The notes beneath the pieces are model-generated. The model was not told the DNA's origin and made no database searches. It saw nothing but the letters and a program-made list of their open reading frames with translations. A program made the position numbers and the translations under genes. Positions 63,533 to 64,000 of a DNA stretch of 64,000 nt are shown piece by piece (the stretch's first letter is position 1; every line of letters begins with the position of its first letter). Source of the DNA: Haliotis cracherodii (taxonomy: Eukaryota); the NCBI RefSeq assembly GCF_022045235.1, contig NW_027266319.1, positions 12,090,001 to 12,154,000 on the forward strand. Direction: 5' to 3'.

Positions 63533-64000
63533 TCAATACCGGGTGTGACCACATTTTGCGTTGATACAGTCGAGAGCAGCGGTGCATTTGAAGACCCAAG
63601 ATGATTGAAAACAGCCTGGGAATGTTGTTCCAAATGTCTGGCTGGTTCAGGTTCAGGTTCAGGTAGGCGTCGAAGCATCTCATACCAAACATGTTCTATG
63701 GGGGAGACGTCTGGACAAACAGCCGGCCGTGGCTGTACATCAACGTTATGCTGCCTCACAAAATGTGTTACAACACGGCGGCATTGTTCTGCTGTTACGT
63801 GACGTTAAGTCCCTGCATTTGCACAAAGGGTAGAACAAAATCTCGACTGATGTCGTCCGGGTAGTGTTCGCCATTCAAATTGCCACGAACAATGATGAGT
63901 CGTGTTCTCCCATGAGTTGTGATGCCACCCCTAACAATTACTTCCACACCCAAACTGAAGACGTTGAGAAACGCATGCGTCCTTAAAGCATTCTCCTGGA
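63533..64000 (-). mobile_element. Third, more diverged Tc1-like transposase remnant (runs off the window)
   Basis: HNVDVQPRPAVCPDVSPIEHVWYEM and GHTRY* on the minus strand. Confidence 0.75.

Noticed and set aside
1-64000. Prokaryotic features (CRISPR, operons, rRNA) or true tRNA genes
   Set aside because: No repeat-spacer arrays or rRNA are present; the tRNA-like sequences are a SINE head and an LTR primer-binding site.

Overview
This is AT-rich eukaryotic (animal) DNA, most likely a mollusc and probably a gastropod; the host is inferred from the repeat content, not proven. The window is almost entirely a tandem array of eight intact, single-exon, + strand genes encoding atypical nicotinic-acetylcholine-receptor-like Cys-loop ligand-gated ion channel subunits (~400-435 aa). 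They form two subtypes, A and B, plus one B/A chimera, in the order A-B-A-A-(B/A)-B-B-A. All keep the signal peptide, the C-x13-C loop, four TM helices and a cation-type GEK motif. All lack the loop-C vicinal cysteines and other acetylcholine-cage residues and have a very short M3-M4 loop, the same profile as cephalopod chemotactile receptors. A and B differ mainly in the ligand-binding loops and are almost identical in M1-M3. The spacers are co-duplicated blocks (basic unit ~18.6 kb) of decayed mobile DNA: Tc1/mariner elements, a 5'-truncated RNase H-containing LINE, Penelope-like RT remnants, an LTR with a tRNA-Leu primer-binding site, and two SINE-like families, one with a potentially structured non-tRNA head. 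Most short ORFs in the track are repeat-derived noise.
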